From Nageia nagi (Eukaryota > Plantae > Pinophyta): a stretch of DNA of 64,000 nucleotides. The stretch covers positions 16,430,001 to 16,494,000 of the forward strand of contig JBITNC010000002.1 in assembly GCA_050084985.1 (NCBI GenBank), written 5' to 3'. Numbering within the stretch: position 1 is the first letter of the stretch; every line of letters starts with the position of its first letter. A program made the translations under genes and the position numbers. Below the pieces are notes generated by a model. The model worked only from the letters and a program-made list of their open reading frames with translations. It was not told the DNA's origin and did no database searches. Positions 40,384 to 53,400 of the stretch are shown in pieces.

Positions 40384-41560
40384 CCTACCTCTTAAAATTC
40401 ATGGTGTGCATTAAATCACTAAATCACTTCCTTGGTGGAAGTTTAAAATCCATGGTGAAAAGGTCGAGATTGATGAAGAAACTTTGAATCCTTAGAACGC
40501 AAACCTATGGAGCGAAATGGAGTTCAACTAGGCTGAAATGACAAAAAAAAACCCTTATTTCCTACCTATCCCCTCTTTTTGCAATTTTTTCTGTATTTTT
40601 TTTTGTGTTTTTCAACTTTGGTTTTTAGGTAGGTGAGTAGCTTACGATTGTTTGGGTGAGAAAAATGCCTTGAACTTGCAAAAACTCACTTGCAAGTCGG
40701 GCTATCCTGATGGGAATTGTGATTTTCTTGATAGAGGTACAAACTAAGTGTGAGAAATGGGAGAAGGAATCAATGTCTTTTTTTTTGATATGGTGAAAAG
40801 CCCCTTTGTAGGCCTTCGACATAGTTGCTGCAATGGAAGGGTGTTTGTTCTATCAAAGTCAGCTAGGATTTGCATTTGGCCCAACCACACTTGCACTTTT
40901 GTCCAAGATTTTACTTGTTCTACTTTGTAGGGGTGGGATATTGGAATTCGAGTCATCCATGGAGCATTCCCATTGCTTCCCCAATTCCCCTAATGTGGGT
41001 GGATGGAGAAGGGATTGGTGATGCTTTTAAGAGAATCCTATGGTTTTCTGTAGAAGTAATTGAATTTTTTTGTTATGGTGTTTATGCAATAGTACGGCAT
41101 GAATAAGCATTGAAATTCTGATTTCCGATACATGTGTTTTATGTCATATTGATACTTCTGACTAGATTTCAAGTGCCTTCAACCAACATGCACATATAAT
41201 CAATCTAGTACAACAATTTTTTTCCATGTTTGCAGTATGTGGTTTGGTTTGTAAACTAAAAAAAAATAAAGAAATTGATCATTGTTCTTGTCAATTATAT
41301 TGTTTACACTTTGTACTTCCTAGATATGTTATTTATTTTTTGTCCTCACTCATAAATAGTTAAATACTATCCATTATTATATTAAAATAATGACTGAGAA
41401 TTAACTTCGAGGATAATTGCATATGGCATTTAACACTCTTGGGTAATTTATTAATACAGGAGATCACTAGTCATGTTGTTATACCATCTTGCCACAGATT
41501 ATATTTTTTGATAGTTTATCATTAAGATTACTGACTTAAGTATGTTATATTGTGTATCAG

Positions 41561-41612
41561 GTACATGTTAATTTCCAAGCGCCAACAAGCTCCATCATTA
41601 CTTTATACATTG
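41561..41612 (+). CDS. PCS: Phytochelatin synthase 52-bp exon (G|YMLISKRQQAPSLLYTL)
   Basis: Matches PCS RGFMLISR...LLYTL; atcAG/GTaat splice sites; phases fit. Confidence 0.9.
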
Positions 41613-43111
41613 GTAATACTAGGAGACCAAAATGCAGTCTTTAAAATTTTAGAAGTTCTGTTGCTCTTGCCACTTTTTCCTGCATTGTGTGTCGTTAACT
41701 CCACATGCTTAGTTTATTTCTTAGGCTACTTTACAATTAATGCCATAAAAAGTCAATAAGAGGTTGGAATCAAGGCTTACAAAGTGTTGTGGATAATTTA
41801 TAAATAACAATAAGCAGCACTGTGAATTCAACTGTTTTTTGAATTTGGCCTAGATTTGGTTTGAGCACAATGTTCACAGAAGCCTATACAAACAAGGTAG
41901 AAAGAGATAAAAATGTTAATATCCACAAAAACTGGCATCATAATACAAAGGCATAAAATAAAATATTAAAAACAATAGTAGAGAAAAAATGCCTCCTGAT
42001 AAAACTTAATAAAAAGAAATTATATAACCTGAAAAGAAAAAGAAAACTAGAATGAACAAAAAAAACAATGATATATATATAATATATGAAGGTAGTCCAA
42101 GAAAGGAGGATGAATTCATGGAGTACCAATCATGAGATCATCGTGGAACATTCTTCTCCTAAATCATAAAATTCCTGGGATTTTGATTATAAACACTAAT
42201 ATTTCTCTATAGCAGGACTATCACATTTGTTGATTGGTAAATATGTTCTATGGAAATCTATAACATGCTAGCACATCAAAGTTGTTTGATGCACATTCAT
42301 CTCTTTTTCATTTGACTTGGGTTGATGTCGGATGCAAACAACCTATTGTAAGTATAGTCCATGATGCTAGTGTCCGTGCAAATATCAAGACAACTTATTA
42401 AATGACCCTATAGAACTGTGCTGACCCTTATTGGCTCTCAAATTCGTAGTGTGTCCATAAATACTTGTTTAACTGCGTTAACCATAAGTAACTGCATTGA
42501 TGAAGTTGAGTGTTTTATTTGTTGTCTTGATTAGTATAGTCTTCCATTGACTGAGTCACATTACTGATGGTTGCACAGATATTTAAGGTTTATTGAATAT
42601 GAACAGTTCTTACTTTTACATGTATAATGAGCATATAATAATTGATATCTCCTACTGGGAACAAAAACTAAATATTATGCAATGGAGTTGAGTAAGCAAT
42701 AAGAGCGCTCAAGATCTGCCTGCATCCAAGCTGCAGGACTTGTTGCGTCTAAAACCTTGCTTGCTGCACACATGGAAGTGTGCTGGCATTATTCATTCCC
42801 ATGTATATTTTGAAAATGAATACACTTGTATTAAAAACGTGATGAAGTGCTATTATGATCATTAGAGACCATAATGCAAATAATTGTTCAAGATCATACG
42901 AATTTGGAAAAATTAAGGTCAAAATGTATGTTTTTGTCATGCAGAGACATGTTATAGATAGATGGATATCATGTTCTAGTTTTCTGTCCATGACTCCATA
43001 CTAATGATGAGTCAATCCTCCTTTCAATTAGTGCATCATCTGCTAGAGAGTAAGGTTGGCTTATGTGTTTCTTGAGCACACCTGCTGATTGGGATTTTTC
43101 ATGTAGTGTAG

Positions 43112-43339
43112 TCCTGCAAACATGAAAGCTGGAAAAGCGTTTCAAAGTATTTTATGGAGGAGGTTCGAGAAATTCTGAGAACAATGGATATTATCAGTGT
43201 GCAAAAGGCTTTATCAGCCATATTTGAGTCGTTGCCTTCAAATCTTACAGACTTCATCAAGTGGATTGCAGAAGTTAGGAGGTGGGAAAGCAACGAAAAA
43301 ACTATAGACAAGGAAGAAGCTGACCGGCTTGCTATCAAG
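43112..43339 (+). CDS. PCS: Phytochelatin synthase exon (SCKHESW...FIKWIAEVRRWE...RLAIK)
   Basis: PCS C-domain motifs SCKHESW and FIKWVAEVRR-like; gtAG/GTcag. Confidence 0.93.
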
Positions 43340-43455
43340 GTCAGCTTTTTACTGGGTCTGGGTGAAATATTTTATTATGCTTCATGTTCTTTTATTTTTG
43401 ATGCAATTTAACGGTAAAAATAATACAATGATCTTGCTTATGATTGAAATCTCAG

Positions 43456-43974
43456 GCAGAAATATTGCAGCAGATACGAGCAACCAAAATCTACAAGGTG
43501 GTAAATGAGTGGTCATTATCTGCCACCTCATGTTGCGCTTTATCATGGACTGATGATGTGGAGTTGGTAGAGATAGCTAATAATGTTTGTTGCCAAGGAG
43601 CTTCCACCTTATGTGGAATTGTTGGGATAGAAAAAGAGTGTGTCTGCAGAAAGTATTGTATCAGAAGTGTAGGCACAGGGGAAAACATGTCAGCTGCTAT
43701 TGTCTCTGGAACTTCAATTGCAAATGGCAGTGAACAAGGCATTGATATGCTGGTTCCCAGTGCAGGGCCAGTTAAACATCCTTCATATTGCAGGAATGGG
43801 AAGTGTTCAGCTGCCAACTGGTTACAGATGTATCCAGCAAGCAAAGATGTACTCACAATTTTAATCCTAGCACTACCTCCACATACTTGGTGTGAGATTC
43901 AGAATAAGGAAATACGGAAAGAAATTCAAGAGTTTGTTTCAGTTGACAACCTTTCCATTGGCTTGCAAGAGGAG
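43456..43974 (+). CDS. PCS: Phytochelatin synthase exon, Cys-rich C-terminal domain (AEILQQIRAT...VCCQGA...DVLTILILALPPHTW...LQEE)
   Basis: PCS C-domain motifs; ctcAG/GTaaa; 519 nt, phase 0. Confidence 0.92.
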
Positions 43975-44741
43975 GTAAATATGCTGGCTATTTTTTTTTT
44001 TAAATAGATTTTACTTTGTTTATTACAGCACACACTAATGTTGTCATCAGCTGTTTTGGCATCTGAACTTTTATACTGTTAATTTCTGATAAGTATTCAA
44101 GGAACATAAGTGCTCTATGATTTTCTGCGAAGTGCGAACAAAGTACATGCCATTTTCTGTTAATTCAATGAATAAGTTAAAAGCAATTGAAGCTATAATG
44201 GAAAGTGCTCTAGTCTTAGAGACATTTATATCAAGTGACTAAGGCACAATAAACAGACTTCCCGTAAACAGTCTTTTCTATTTTAAGCATAGCTAATAAG
44301 TTCCAAAGGTTACTATGTTTGAGATGGGAACTTAAGATTGAATGTTTTGATAAATGCAAAAATAAAATGTGACACAAAAGTTAAAATATATGTAACTAGA
44401 TAATTACATGCCGCATAGTATTAAAACTAGATTTCTTCTCTAGGTGAAATAACATGAGCCTTAAGTTTAAATCAAGGGATGCTCATGGGATATCTGCAAA
44501 GTGCAAACAACAAAAAAATACTAAAGAAATTCAGTTACAATTTCAAATAAACCAAGATTCTGCAAAAACTTGGATGAAGGCCATTATCAAGATGTGTTTG
44601 ATTAAGGACTTCATATCTAAATGTAGTCACTGATTTGGAATTCCAACTAATTGCAGCTTCTTTTTATTATGCACCTAGTCTCTCCTGCTTCTATGTAATT
44701 GTTTTTAATAGGAATATGAAGTGTGTGACATGATGCACATA

Positions 44742-45275
44742 TGTTATGAACCTAATATAACCATTCTGTAATTAATTATATAAAAATAACCTAATAATAT
44801 CACCTTATAATTAATTGTTTTATAACTAATTAAAGTTTGTTACTAATCATAGAGTTATAACTCTTTATAAGGATATGTCCTTTCACTATAGTATGTATAG
44901 AGGAAAAGATTAGTTCTTATTCATCATCAAATATCAGATATCATAAATTTCTAATTTTCTATATTTTTTTTCATTAGTGAATATTTGGAGATCAGCCCTT
45001 TTGAAGTGGCCGAGGAATATTTGGAGTTTCACTATAATTATTGGAAGATTCATATAATTTTTTATTGCTGCAAGAATTATTCATTCTAAAATATTATTGC
45101 ATCTTTTATCTAATAGCAATATTATTTCAACATTGCCTAGACCAATCTTCCTCTTGAAGTGGCTTCACTATAATTATTGGAAGATTCATATAATTTTTTA
45201 TTACTGCAAGAATTATTCATTCTAAAATATTATTGCATCTTTTATCTAATAGCAATATTATTTCAACATTGCCTA
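44742..45275 (+). repeat. Second copy of the 11270-11680 repeat, with a local ~135-bp duplication
   Basis: Shared blocks with 11270-11680; 45028-45140 is repeated at ~45164-45276. Confidence 0.7.
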
Positions 45276-45326
45276 GGCTAATCTTCTTGATGTTATTTAG
45301 ATATCAAATAGGAACTTAATAGTTAT

Positions 45327-48300
45327 CATAGTAGTCAAAACTCAGACTCAGAAAAACTCAGACTCAAGAAAAACTCAACAAAAAAACTCATAGAACATAG
45401 TATATACATATTTTCACATATAAAAATCCTTTTTTGGCCAACCCTCAATGTTCCACATCAAAGAACACAATATAACGTAAGAAAAACTCAACAAAAAAAC
45501 TCATAGAACATAGTATATACATATTTTCACATATAAAAAACCTTTTTTGGCCAACCCTCAACGTTCCACATCAAAGAACACAATATAACGTAATTTTCAG
45601 CATTCTGTATTAATTATCAAGGTACAAACTACATTACAAATTTACAAAACAAAATGAGCTTTTCATTTGCCTATTTTGTTTTGGCTTTTGCTTTCTCTTT
45701 TGGAATTCTACTGCTAATTTCCGTTGGTTGTGGTGGGGGTGTTTCTTGTGCTTATGATGCTTTTGTTGCCCGTGCCTTCGCAATAGCTTGTTGTTTCATG
45801 GAATCAAACTCCTCAAAGATGAATTTGAAAAGGGGATCCACATCTGGCTGTTTTGATTTCCAATCGTATTTTGGATCAATGGCATTCAACTCAATTGCCT
45901 CATGATTGATTCCTTGAATTTGTTTGTGGCGAAGGAATAGGTTGTAATGCACAAATATCAAATCATTTAAGTGTTGTTGGGTGAGCTTCTTGTGCTTCTT
46001 TGAGTGGATATGCTCGAAGGTGCTCCAATATCACTCACATCTAGAAGCACTACATGGTTGGCACAAAACTTTGATTGCCAGCTTTTGTAGATTTGATGTC
46101 CTAGTGCCATAATCTTCTCTGCATAGATCTGAAAGATAAAAAAAATTTAGATTTTGATATTTGTATTATTATTGAACAATTCTCTAAAATAAAATACATT
46201 TTTTTTTGCATACTTGTTTTTTACTTGGAGCCTGTGTAATGTCCCAAAATATTTTAATTTATGTTTTTTTGTGTTTATGGGCTTCTAAGGGGTGGGTTAG
46301 TGTGTTTTGAGAAGTTTTATTGTTAGAATAAGTGTTTAGGGAGTTGGTTATGTATTTAGAATAGTTTTTGGACAAGAAAAAATGTATTAATTAATGTCAT
46401 TGACCTGGTACACGTTTTTAGTTTGATGGTTGAGATGATAAGGCAGTATTAAATGTCTCTACTATTTGTAATTGCCATTTTGGCAAAAGTAACTGTTATG
46501 AGGTCAAAGTTCAAGGTATTATTTAATGGTTTTGTAACTGCCATAGGAGAGGATTTGTAACTGTTATGAGGTAGAGAGGTTTAAATTAAGACTTCCAAGG
46601 CTATATAAGAGGAAGAGCTGGTCATTTGGTGAGGGCTGATTTTGGTAGAGAACTTAGAGAGCTTGCATGCTCTTGGGCCTTAGTATTTTGCTAAGGATTT
46701 TTTAGAGGGGTTCCCATTAGACTTGATCTAATGGAGGTTGGAGGAGAGATCTGAAGACTATTTACCCATTTGAGGACAGATCTATTCAAGGTCTGTATAT
46801 GTGCTTGCATGTTTGAAGATTCAGTGTTTTGGACACCCATTTGCAATAAAAAATAAAGGGACTGTGAGTTAGGGCTTAGACCAATTGTTAGAGGAGAGCA
46901 GAATACAGAATCTGAAGACACAATATCCTTATACAACCAGATCTGAAGCTGTCTGCATATAGCCAAGGTCCTGCAATGATGTGTCTAATTGTGTAAGCAA
47001 TATTTGTGTGTTCTCAAGTTTAATGAGAGATCTGTTTAGCATACTTTGATTGTGCCTTTTATACAAGTTGTAGTGTTCTATTGTTGCGGAGTGTTGTGTG
47101 TGATTGCCATCTATATTCAACAAAAAGCAAGTATGAAAGACAAAAAAATCAGTCCTATTCCTATTATGTCTTAAAGTGATTGTGTATTTGCATTTGCTCT
47201 ATTTCAGCTTGAATCATCCTTGTTCGAATGTGTTGTGGAGAAGTGAAGATGTAGCCTTTTGACTTCTTATAAATTTGTAGCTCAGCCATGATCAATCACC
47301 ATACAATGAATGCACATATGAAGGCCTGTCGAAATCTCCTCATCTGTCTCAAATGTTTCTTCATAGTGAAATTTGGGGTTCCAAGAGTATCTGCTGTGTG
47401 TAGTGGCATTATATGTTATCACCTGCACAACATTTTTAGAGCCTGCCTCTAAGATGACCACCTTAATCAACCTCAATAAAGTATTGTCATTTTTATTTTT
47501 TATTTTTGCTGATGTATCAACTGATTTCAAGAACACAAGATCCCTCGTAGAAGAAACTAAATTTTTTATTAGAGTTCTACCCCATTCGTTGGTCCAACTG
47601 TCAATCTAAATGTTGTAGACCATTTTCTTTCAAATTTTTTCTGCTCATCAATGATGAGGTTAGTATCAGAAGCAACATCATCAAGCAGCGGGCGTTGAAG
47701 ATTGTGTTAGCTAGGTGTGTTGAACCCTGCACTGCAAACTGTGATGGCATTCACCATATACTCCCAATATGGTGATCTTGCCATATAAAATGGAATGTTT
47801 GAAAAGTATCAAAAATTGGCACATGCCTTTCTAGCTTCCTGTATCTTCTCCTTGTTCCCTGCAGTTGCTTCAAGGGAGCATTGGCTATTATGAATGGAAC
47901 GGGGAGGCAAAAAAATACATCTTACAACACCTGATGTAGCTGCAGAAGACCCTATCTAATCCTAGGGCCAATCTCCCCTATGCTACTTGCAACCTCATTT
48001 GAAAAAGTTGGAGGAGGATGTGGAGGCTTTGCCATTTTTGTTTGTGTTCTCTTCCTTAGGTTTTTCTTTTCTTCGAAAGCTTCTAATTGTGCATTGATTT
48101 CTTGCTGCACTTCAAGCTCAACCTGATTGCACAAACGAACATCACGACCTGCGATTTTGGTAATGTGATACTTCATTCTGTTTGGGCTCCCATGAATGCA
48201 TGCATTGAAGCAGTTACAAATTGTTGTGTACTATTTCCGATCCAGTTTGCGATGCTTTCAAATAGGGTCTTGTATAAGTGACTCTATGCTTGCTGTCTCT
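45327..48300 (-). mobile_element. Degenerate hAT transposon
   Basis: BED-like MKYHITKIAGRDVRLC (ORF 47952-48176), FLKSVD...NVVQVIT (47282-47536), hATC WSTFEHIHSKK...LNDLIFVHYNL (~45930-46050). ~113-bp tandem duplication near its 3' end (45367-45590). Confidence 0.75.
46235..47275 (+). mobile_element. LTR fragment inserted in the hAT
   Basis: Begins TGTAATGTCCC like the LTR at 34566; TATA CTATATAAG at 46601; interrupts the transposase. Right end not resolved. Confidence 0.5.
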
Positions 48301-48375
48301 GAGGAGCTCAAGTTTAAGTTTGGATTTTGAAAAATTGAAATTTCAATTTCCAACCCTACAGTTGAAAAGGAACCA

Positions 48376-48471
48376 CATGGTACTTGTTCGCTATCGGTCT
48401 CTTGCCTGTATTTAGCCTTGGACGGAATTTAGCACCCGATTAGGGTTGCATTCCCAAACAACCCGACTCAC

Positions 48472-48504
<33 letters not shown>

Positions 48505-48733
48505 CTGACGGGGCTCTCACCCTCTCCGATGCCCCCTTCCAGGGGACTTGGGCCCAATCCGCTGCTGAGGACGCTTCTACAGACTACAATTCGGACGACG
48601 CCGCCGTCCGATTTTCATGTTGGGCTGTTCCCGGTTCGCTCGTCGTTACTAGGGGAATCCTTGTAAGTTTCTTTTCCTCTGCTTATTGATATGCTTAAGC
48701 TGAGAGGGTGGTCTCGCCTGATCTGGGGACGCG
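48376..48733 (-). pseudogene. 26S rRNA 5' fragment (decayed)
   Basis: Reverse complement of the LSU 5' end, including near-matches to GCATATCAATAAGCGGAGGA and ACCGATAGCGAACAAGTACC, with several transitions. Confidence 0.95.
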
Positions 48734-48935
48734 AAAGGCATGCAAAGTTCGATCGCGCGGAGCCGCACGATCCGCGATCCCGAAAAACGCCGACCTCGAA
48801 CGGAGCCACCGCTGGTCGGGCCGGGGGCGACGGCCCAACACGCGTATTTCAGCCGATCGCACCTCGAAGGGTCCGGACGACCATGTCCGCTCTTCCCCCG
48901 CACGTTTCGAGGGGAGGCGTCAGGCGAAAGTGCGT
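48734..48935 (-). other. ITS2
   Basis: Lies between the 5.8S and 26S fragments; contains GAGCGGACATGGTCGTCCG...GGCTGAAAT, a seed-plant/gymnosperm-like ITS2 motif. Confidence 0.85.
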
Positions 48936-48997
48936 TGCCCAGGCAGACGTGCCCTTGGCTGGGGCCTCGGGTGCAACTTGCGTTTAAAGACTCGATG
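48936..48997 (-). pseudogene. 5.8S rRNA 3' fragment
   Basis: Minus strand CATCGAGTCTTT(A)AACGCAAGTTGC...GGGCACGTCTGCCTGGGC. Confidence 0.92.
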
Positions 48998-50469
48998 TCG
49001 GTTCATGTGGACAGTGTGGTTCGCATGCATGGGCTTGTCAACGGGTCGGTTTGTGTCCACGGTTTGGTTCTTGTGCACGTTTTGGGTCCACGGTTCGGTT
49101 CGTGTCCATGGTTCGGTTCATGTGCACATTTTGTTACCATGGTTTGATTCATGTGCACGGGTCGGTTCGTGTGCACGATTCGGTTCATGTCCACGGTTCG
49201 GTTGGTGTGCATTGGTCGATCCTAAAACACATAGATCGTAGGCAAATTGCCCCCTTATCCGATTGCAAATAGGTATTTTAATGTAAAACTAATATAGGTT
49301 CCTTGCGGATTGACTCACGGTTTGACCCACGGGCCGGTTCATGCCCATGGTGTTGTTCATATGCACGATTCGGTCATGTCCATGGTTTGGTCCACAGGCA
49401 TGCCTTTGGTGTACTAGGATGATCCATCATCTTAATCGATCCTCCAATAATGGACGTTTTTCATGTTGGGGTCCAAAGCGAGGTTTCCAAAAAACACATA
49501 TGCCGTAAGCAAACCACCCCCTTATCCGATTGTAGACAGGTCTTTTAACCGAAAACTACTATGGTGAGGATGGTTGGTGACCCGTGCTTGCCTGGGTTGG
49601 CGCAATGCAACTCGTCCAGTCTTGAGACGGTCGGTTTCTCGAGTCGATCTTGTCACCTAGGTTGGTTATGCACGGAGCCAAACTGTCCCTTCCGTTGATC
49701 GCTTGGTCTTGGGCGCATTCTCATTTGCATCGGTCCGTCCCATGTTTCTACCCTCGGTTTCTTGCAAGGTTCATCTAAGGCGTGATGGTCATCTAAAAAA
49801 CACCCATGCCGTAGGCAAACTAGGCACTTAACCGTTTGTAGACAGGTCCTTTTACCTAAAACTACTATGGTGAGGATGGTTGGTGACCCATCCTTGCCTG
49901 GGTTGGTGCAATGCAACTCATGCAATCTCGAGACGGTCGGTTTCTCGAGTCGATCCTATCACCCAGGCTTGCTTGGCGCGAAGCCAACCTAACCCTTCCA
50001 TTCACCCGTCCCTCCATGTCTCCTGCTTTACCATGCTTCCATCCCCCTATTCGAGATTCCCCTGCAATTCGGTTGAGGTGCCAAGTACATCCCAAGCTAC
50101 GGCTACATGCAGAACGTCTCCTGTGAGTCCTTCCCATGCGCGATGGTGGGAAGCACTTGGAGGAACCCTGCCGCACGGTGTATCATGATCCTGGGTCTAC
50201 CAGCAGACTGCGGTTGCCCGATGATCACGTTGCCTATGAGTTCGCGAAGAGTACTGTGGATGCCGAGTGTAGCGACGAGTCAGAATCGTGCCCCATCCTG
50301 ATCGCGGACCCCTTGTCCTTCCCGTGCCATCCTTGCTACCTTTACCGTCCTTGCTGTGTTCGGTCCGTCCTGCCTGTCCGTCTCGCCTGTCCGTCCCTGC
50401 CTATCCGTTCCTGCCTGTCCGTTCCCGCCTGTCCGTCCCACATGTCCATTCCCGCCTGTCCGTTCCCAC

Positions 50470-53400
50470 CAGTGTTCCACACGCTTGGGGAACGGGGATA
50501 TGGGGGAACGCGGGAACGCGTATCCGGGAACGGCGGGGAAAAAATAGGGTCTTTTGGGGAACGGCAGGGAACGGCTAGGGAACGGCAAACATAATACTAG
50601 TAAAAATTATTAGATTTTTAAGAGTATCATTTCCAATTCATTTTTATTATGATGAATGATCATATTATCAAATTTAATTATGTATGATGTATACAAAATT
50701 ACAAATTAAAAACACGGAATCGAAATTACTCAATTAGAAATTCAACTTCATAGCCCATCAAATTAAAAAAGCCCAAGGGTAAACCACTAAACCGTAAATC
50801 TGATAACACAATCATAATGTCATAGGCCATAGCCCATAGGTCTGAAAGACTGAATGAAATACATAGATGGGACATCAGTATGTCGAATACGGAATACGAA
50901 TAAGTGTTTGAATAACAAAATGAAAATGCCAAAATATTAAATAACCACTATAGTCTATGGATCTATAGGCTCATGTGCTAATGGTTGTGCATCCATATCC
51001 TCCTCATCTGTTGAGCTATCTGACGATATGCTCTCATCATCCAAATGAAGAGTATGCAATGGCAATCCAAACATCGACTCATCAGCCTCATCATCATCAG
51101 CCTCAAGCTGGCCTGCCTCCACTGGATCAATGTCCCAACGTGCAGCTGGACTAGCTCTATACTCTGGCGTAACTCTCTCACTAAGGCGAAGAGAGCTATG
51201 CACTGCAACTAACTTCTCTGCTCTACGAGAAGTAAGTCTATTCCTTCGCAGACTATGGATGAAGCCATAGGTAGACCAATTTCTCTCCGCAGCAGATGAA
51301 CTACCCACCTACAAACAATCATTCAAATTAGATTTTTCATTTTTGATTATGTGAGAAAGGAGCATAGTACAATACTTAATGGCATGGCAATGGCATCTAC
51401 TAACCTGGGAAAGGAGCCTAATCGCAAGATGCTTCAAGTGTGGAGCATCATCTCCATATAGCTCCCACCATCCAATGGGATCAGTTTGGGCAATGGTAGC
51501 CCTATCCTCCTTGCACTCTTGCCTGCTAAAACGAGGACCCTTAAGTCTCACAAATTTTACAAACTCCTCTCTAACTATACGACCATCCTCTCGTGAAAAC
51601 ATCTTGGCAAGGAAGTTCATGAACCCATCTTTCAACTCAACATCATCATTAGGTGCCATTTTCCCAATCTTTGGTGCATACCATTTTGGGTTCAACACAT
51701 GGGCAGCCATATGGAGAGGGGTATTCATTTTATTCCACCTACAAAAAGTTAAAAAAAATAATTTAATAAACTTAAAGACAAAAGTTAACAAACCAAATTG
51801 AAACTAAACTCTAAAGTTAACAATCAACATTTGTTTTTGTTACCTCTTCTCTATGATGGGTCTAATATGGCCTTCATAAAAAGAAGGATCTTTGGCATTA
51901 ATTATTCTTTTCATTTCCCCAAGCATGCTATCGAAGGTCTCGTATATCTCTCCTAAATTAGGAGAATCCGTATCGGCATACCTTATCACTTCAAAAACTG
52001 GGGAAATAAAAGATACAATGTACCTACATTCAAAAAAAAAAAGAGTTAAAAAACTTAGAAAGTTAAATCTAATTGAACAATTACCTAATGACCAATCCAA
52101 CTTGAAATTCAAACTACAATAGTGAAACTTTCAAACTTTGTTACCTGGCTTCAGTCCACCAATTCTCATCCAAGACTTTATCTCTAAGTCTTTTTCCCTC
52201 CTGTGTTTGAGATTCTGGCCACCTCTTCCATTCTACACAAACTACCATGGATTGTAGTGCCTCCTGCACCTCAATCATCCTTTGCAATAGGATGAAATAA
52301 GTGGCATATCTCGTATCTGCAGGTTTAAGAAACTCCTTCTTTGAGAAGGAGCGAAAGAGGGCCAATGAGGTATGATGGTTGCAAATAAACATTTGCAAGT
52401 CTCTCGCTTCTGCAACAACATTCTTCACCCAATCTATTTTCCCAATGTCCTTCAATGCATTATTCAATGCATGAACGCAACATGGGGTCCAAAAAATATG
52501 CCTGTAAGTGCCCTCTATCAATTTTCCTGCACGCTTGCAAACAGGGGCTGCATCTGTAATTATCTGTACAAAAAAAATTAAAACGTTACAGTTTGCCGTT
52601 TGGCATTTTTACAACAAATGTCAAAAAATAAATTAGAGAACTAAAAGTAAAGTTTAAAGTTTTAAAATTTAAACTTAGTAAAGTGATTACCTGGACAACA
52701 TTGGAGGATCCAACCTCCTCAATAGCCTCCTTCAACAGGAGGAACTGGAACTCTGCATCCTTTTTTTTCCCCGAGCAATCAACAGCTCGAAGAAAATAAG
52801 GACCCTCTGAACATGACACCATTATATTGATGAGTGGACGTTGACGAATGTCAGTCCATCCATCCATAATAATGGAACATTCACTACGCACCCATGTAGC
52901 CTTCATCTCCGACATCATCAAACTGCATCTACTATACTGCTTCTCCAAAATAGAAGTACGGAGTCTAGTCTCGCCAGGTAGTACATATGAAGGTCCAGCC
53001 AACCTTACTTCCTCAAATGCTGCCCTCAAGTAAGGTGAGCGTGCAAGATGAAAAGGCAAGGCATGTGCATAAAATAATCTTCCCACTGCATCATCAGCTC
53101 TCTCTTTCTGCTGCAAGTTTAATGCTTCAGCTATATTTCCTCTTTTTTTGGAGGGGAATGTAGGACTTGGCAAGCTAGAAGAGAGTCCAATTTCTTTTTC
53201 TCTAACTGATGAGGAGGAGGAAACAATGGAGGCTTGAGTAGATTTAGGAATGGCCAGCCCATGATTCCTAAGGTAAGCCTCTTGTGCAAGCCTACTAGCT
53301 TCTGCAAACATAAATTTATTCATTTCTTTACAAACCCTCACCCCTGCCCCTTGTTTATCAGTCAAATGTGATTCAATCCTAGTATAACTCCCTTTAAATG

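Noticed and set aside
40620-41030. Possible LINE 3' remnant on the minus strand
   Set aside because: Only faint motif resemblance; cannot be supported without a search.
44041-44075. Possible last PCS exon (cag CTGTTTTGGCATCTG)
   Set aside because: Does not translate to VLHLR in phase 0; similarity too weak.
48376-48997. Functional rRNA genes
   Set aside because: Both 5.8S and 26S are truncated and mutated at conserved positions; treated as a pseudogene fragment.
48998-49400. Short regularly spaced repeats resembling a CRISPR array
   Set aside because: Degenerate tandem ~18-bp units without unique spacers, eukaryotic context, no cas genes.
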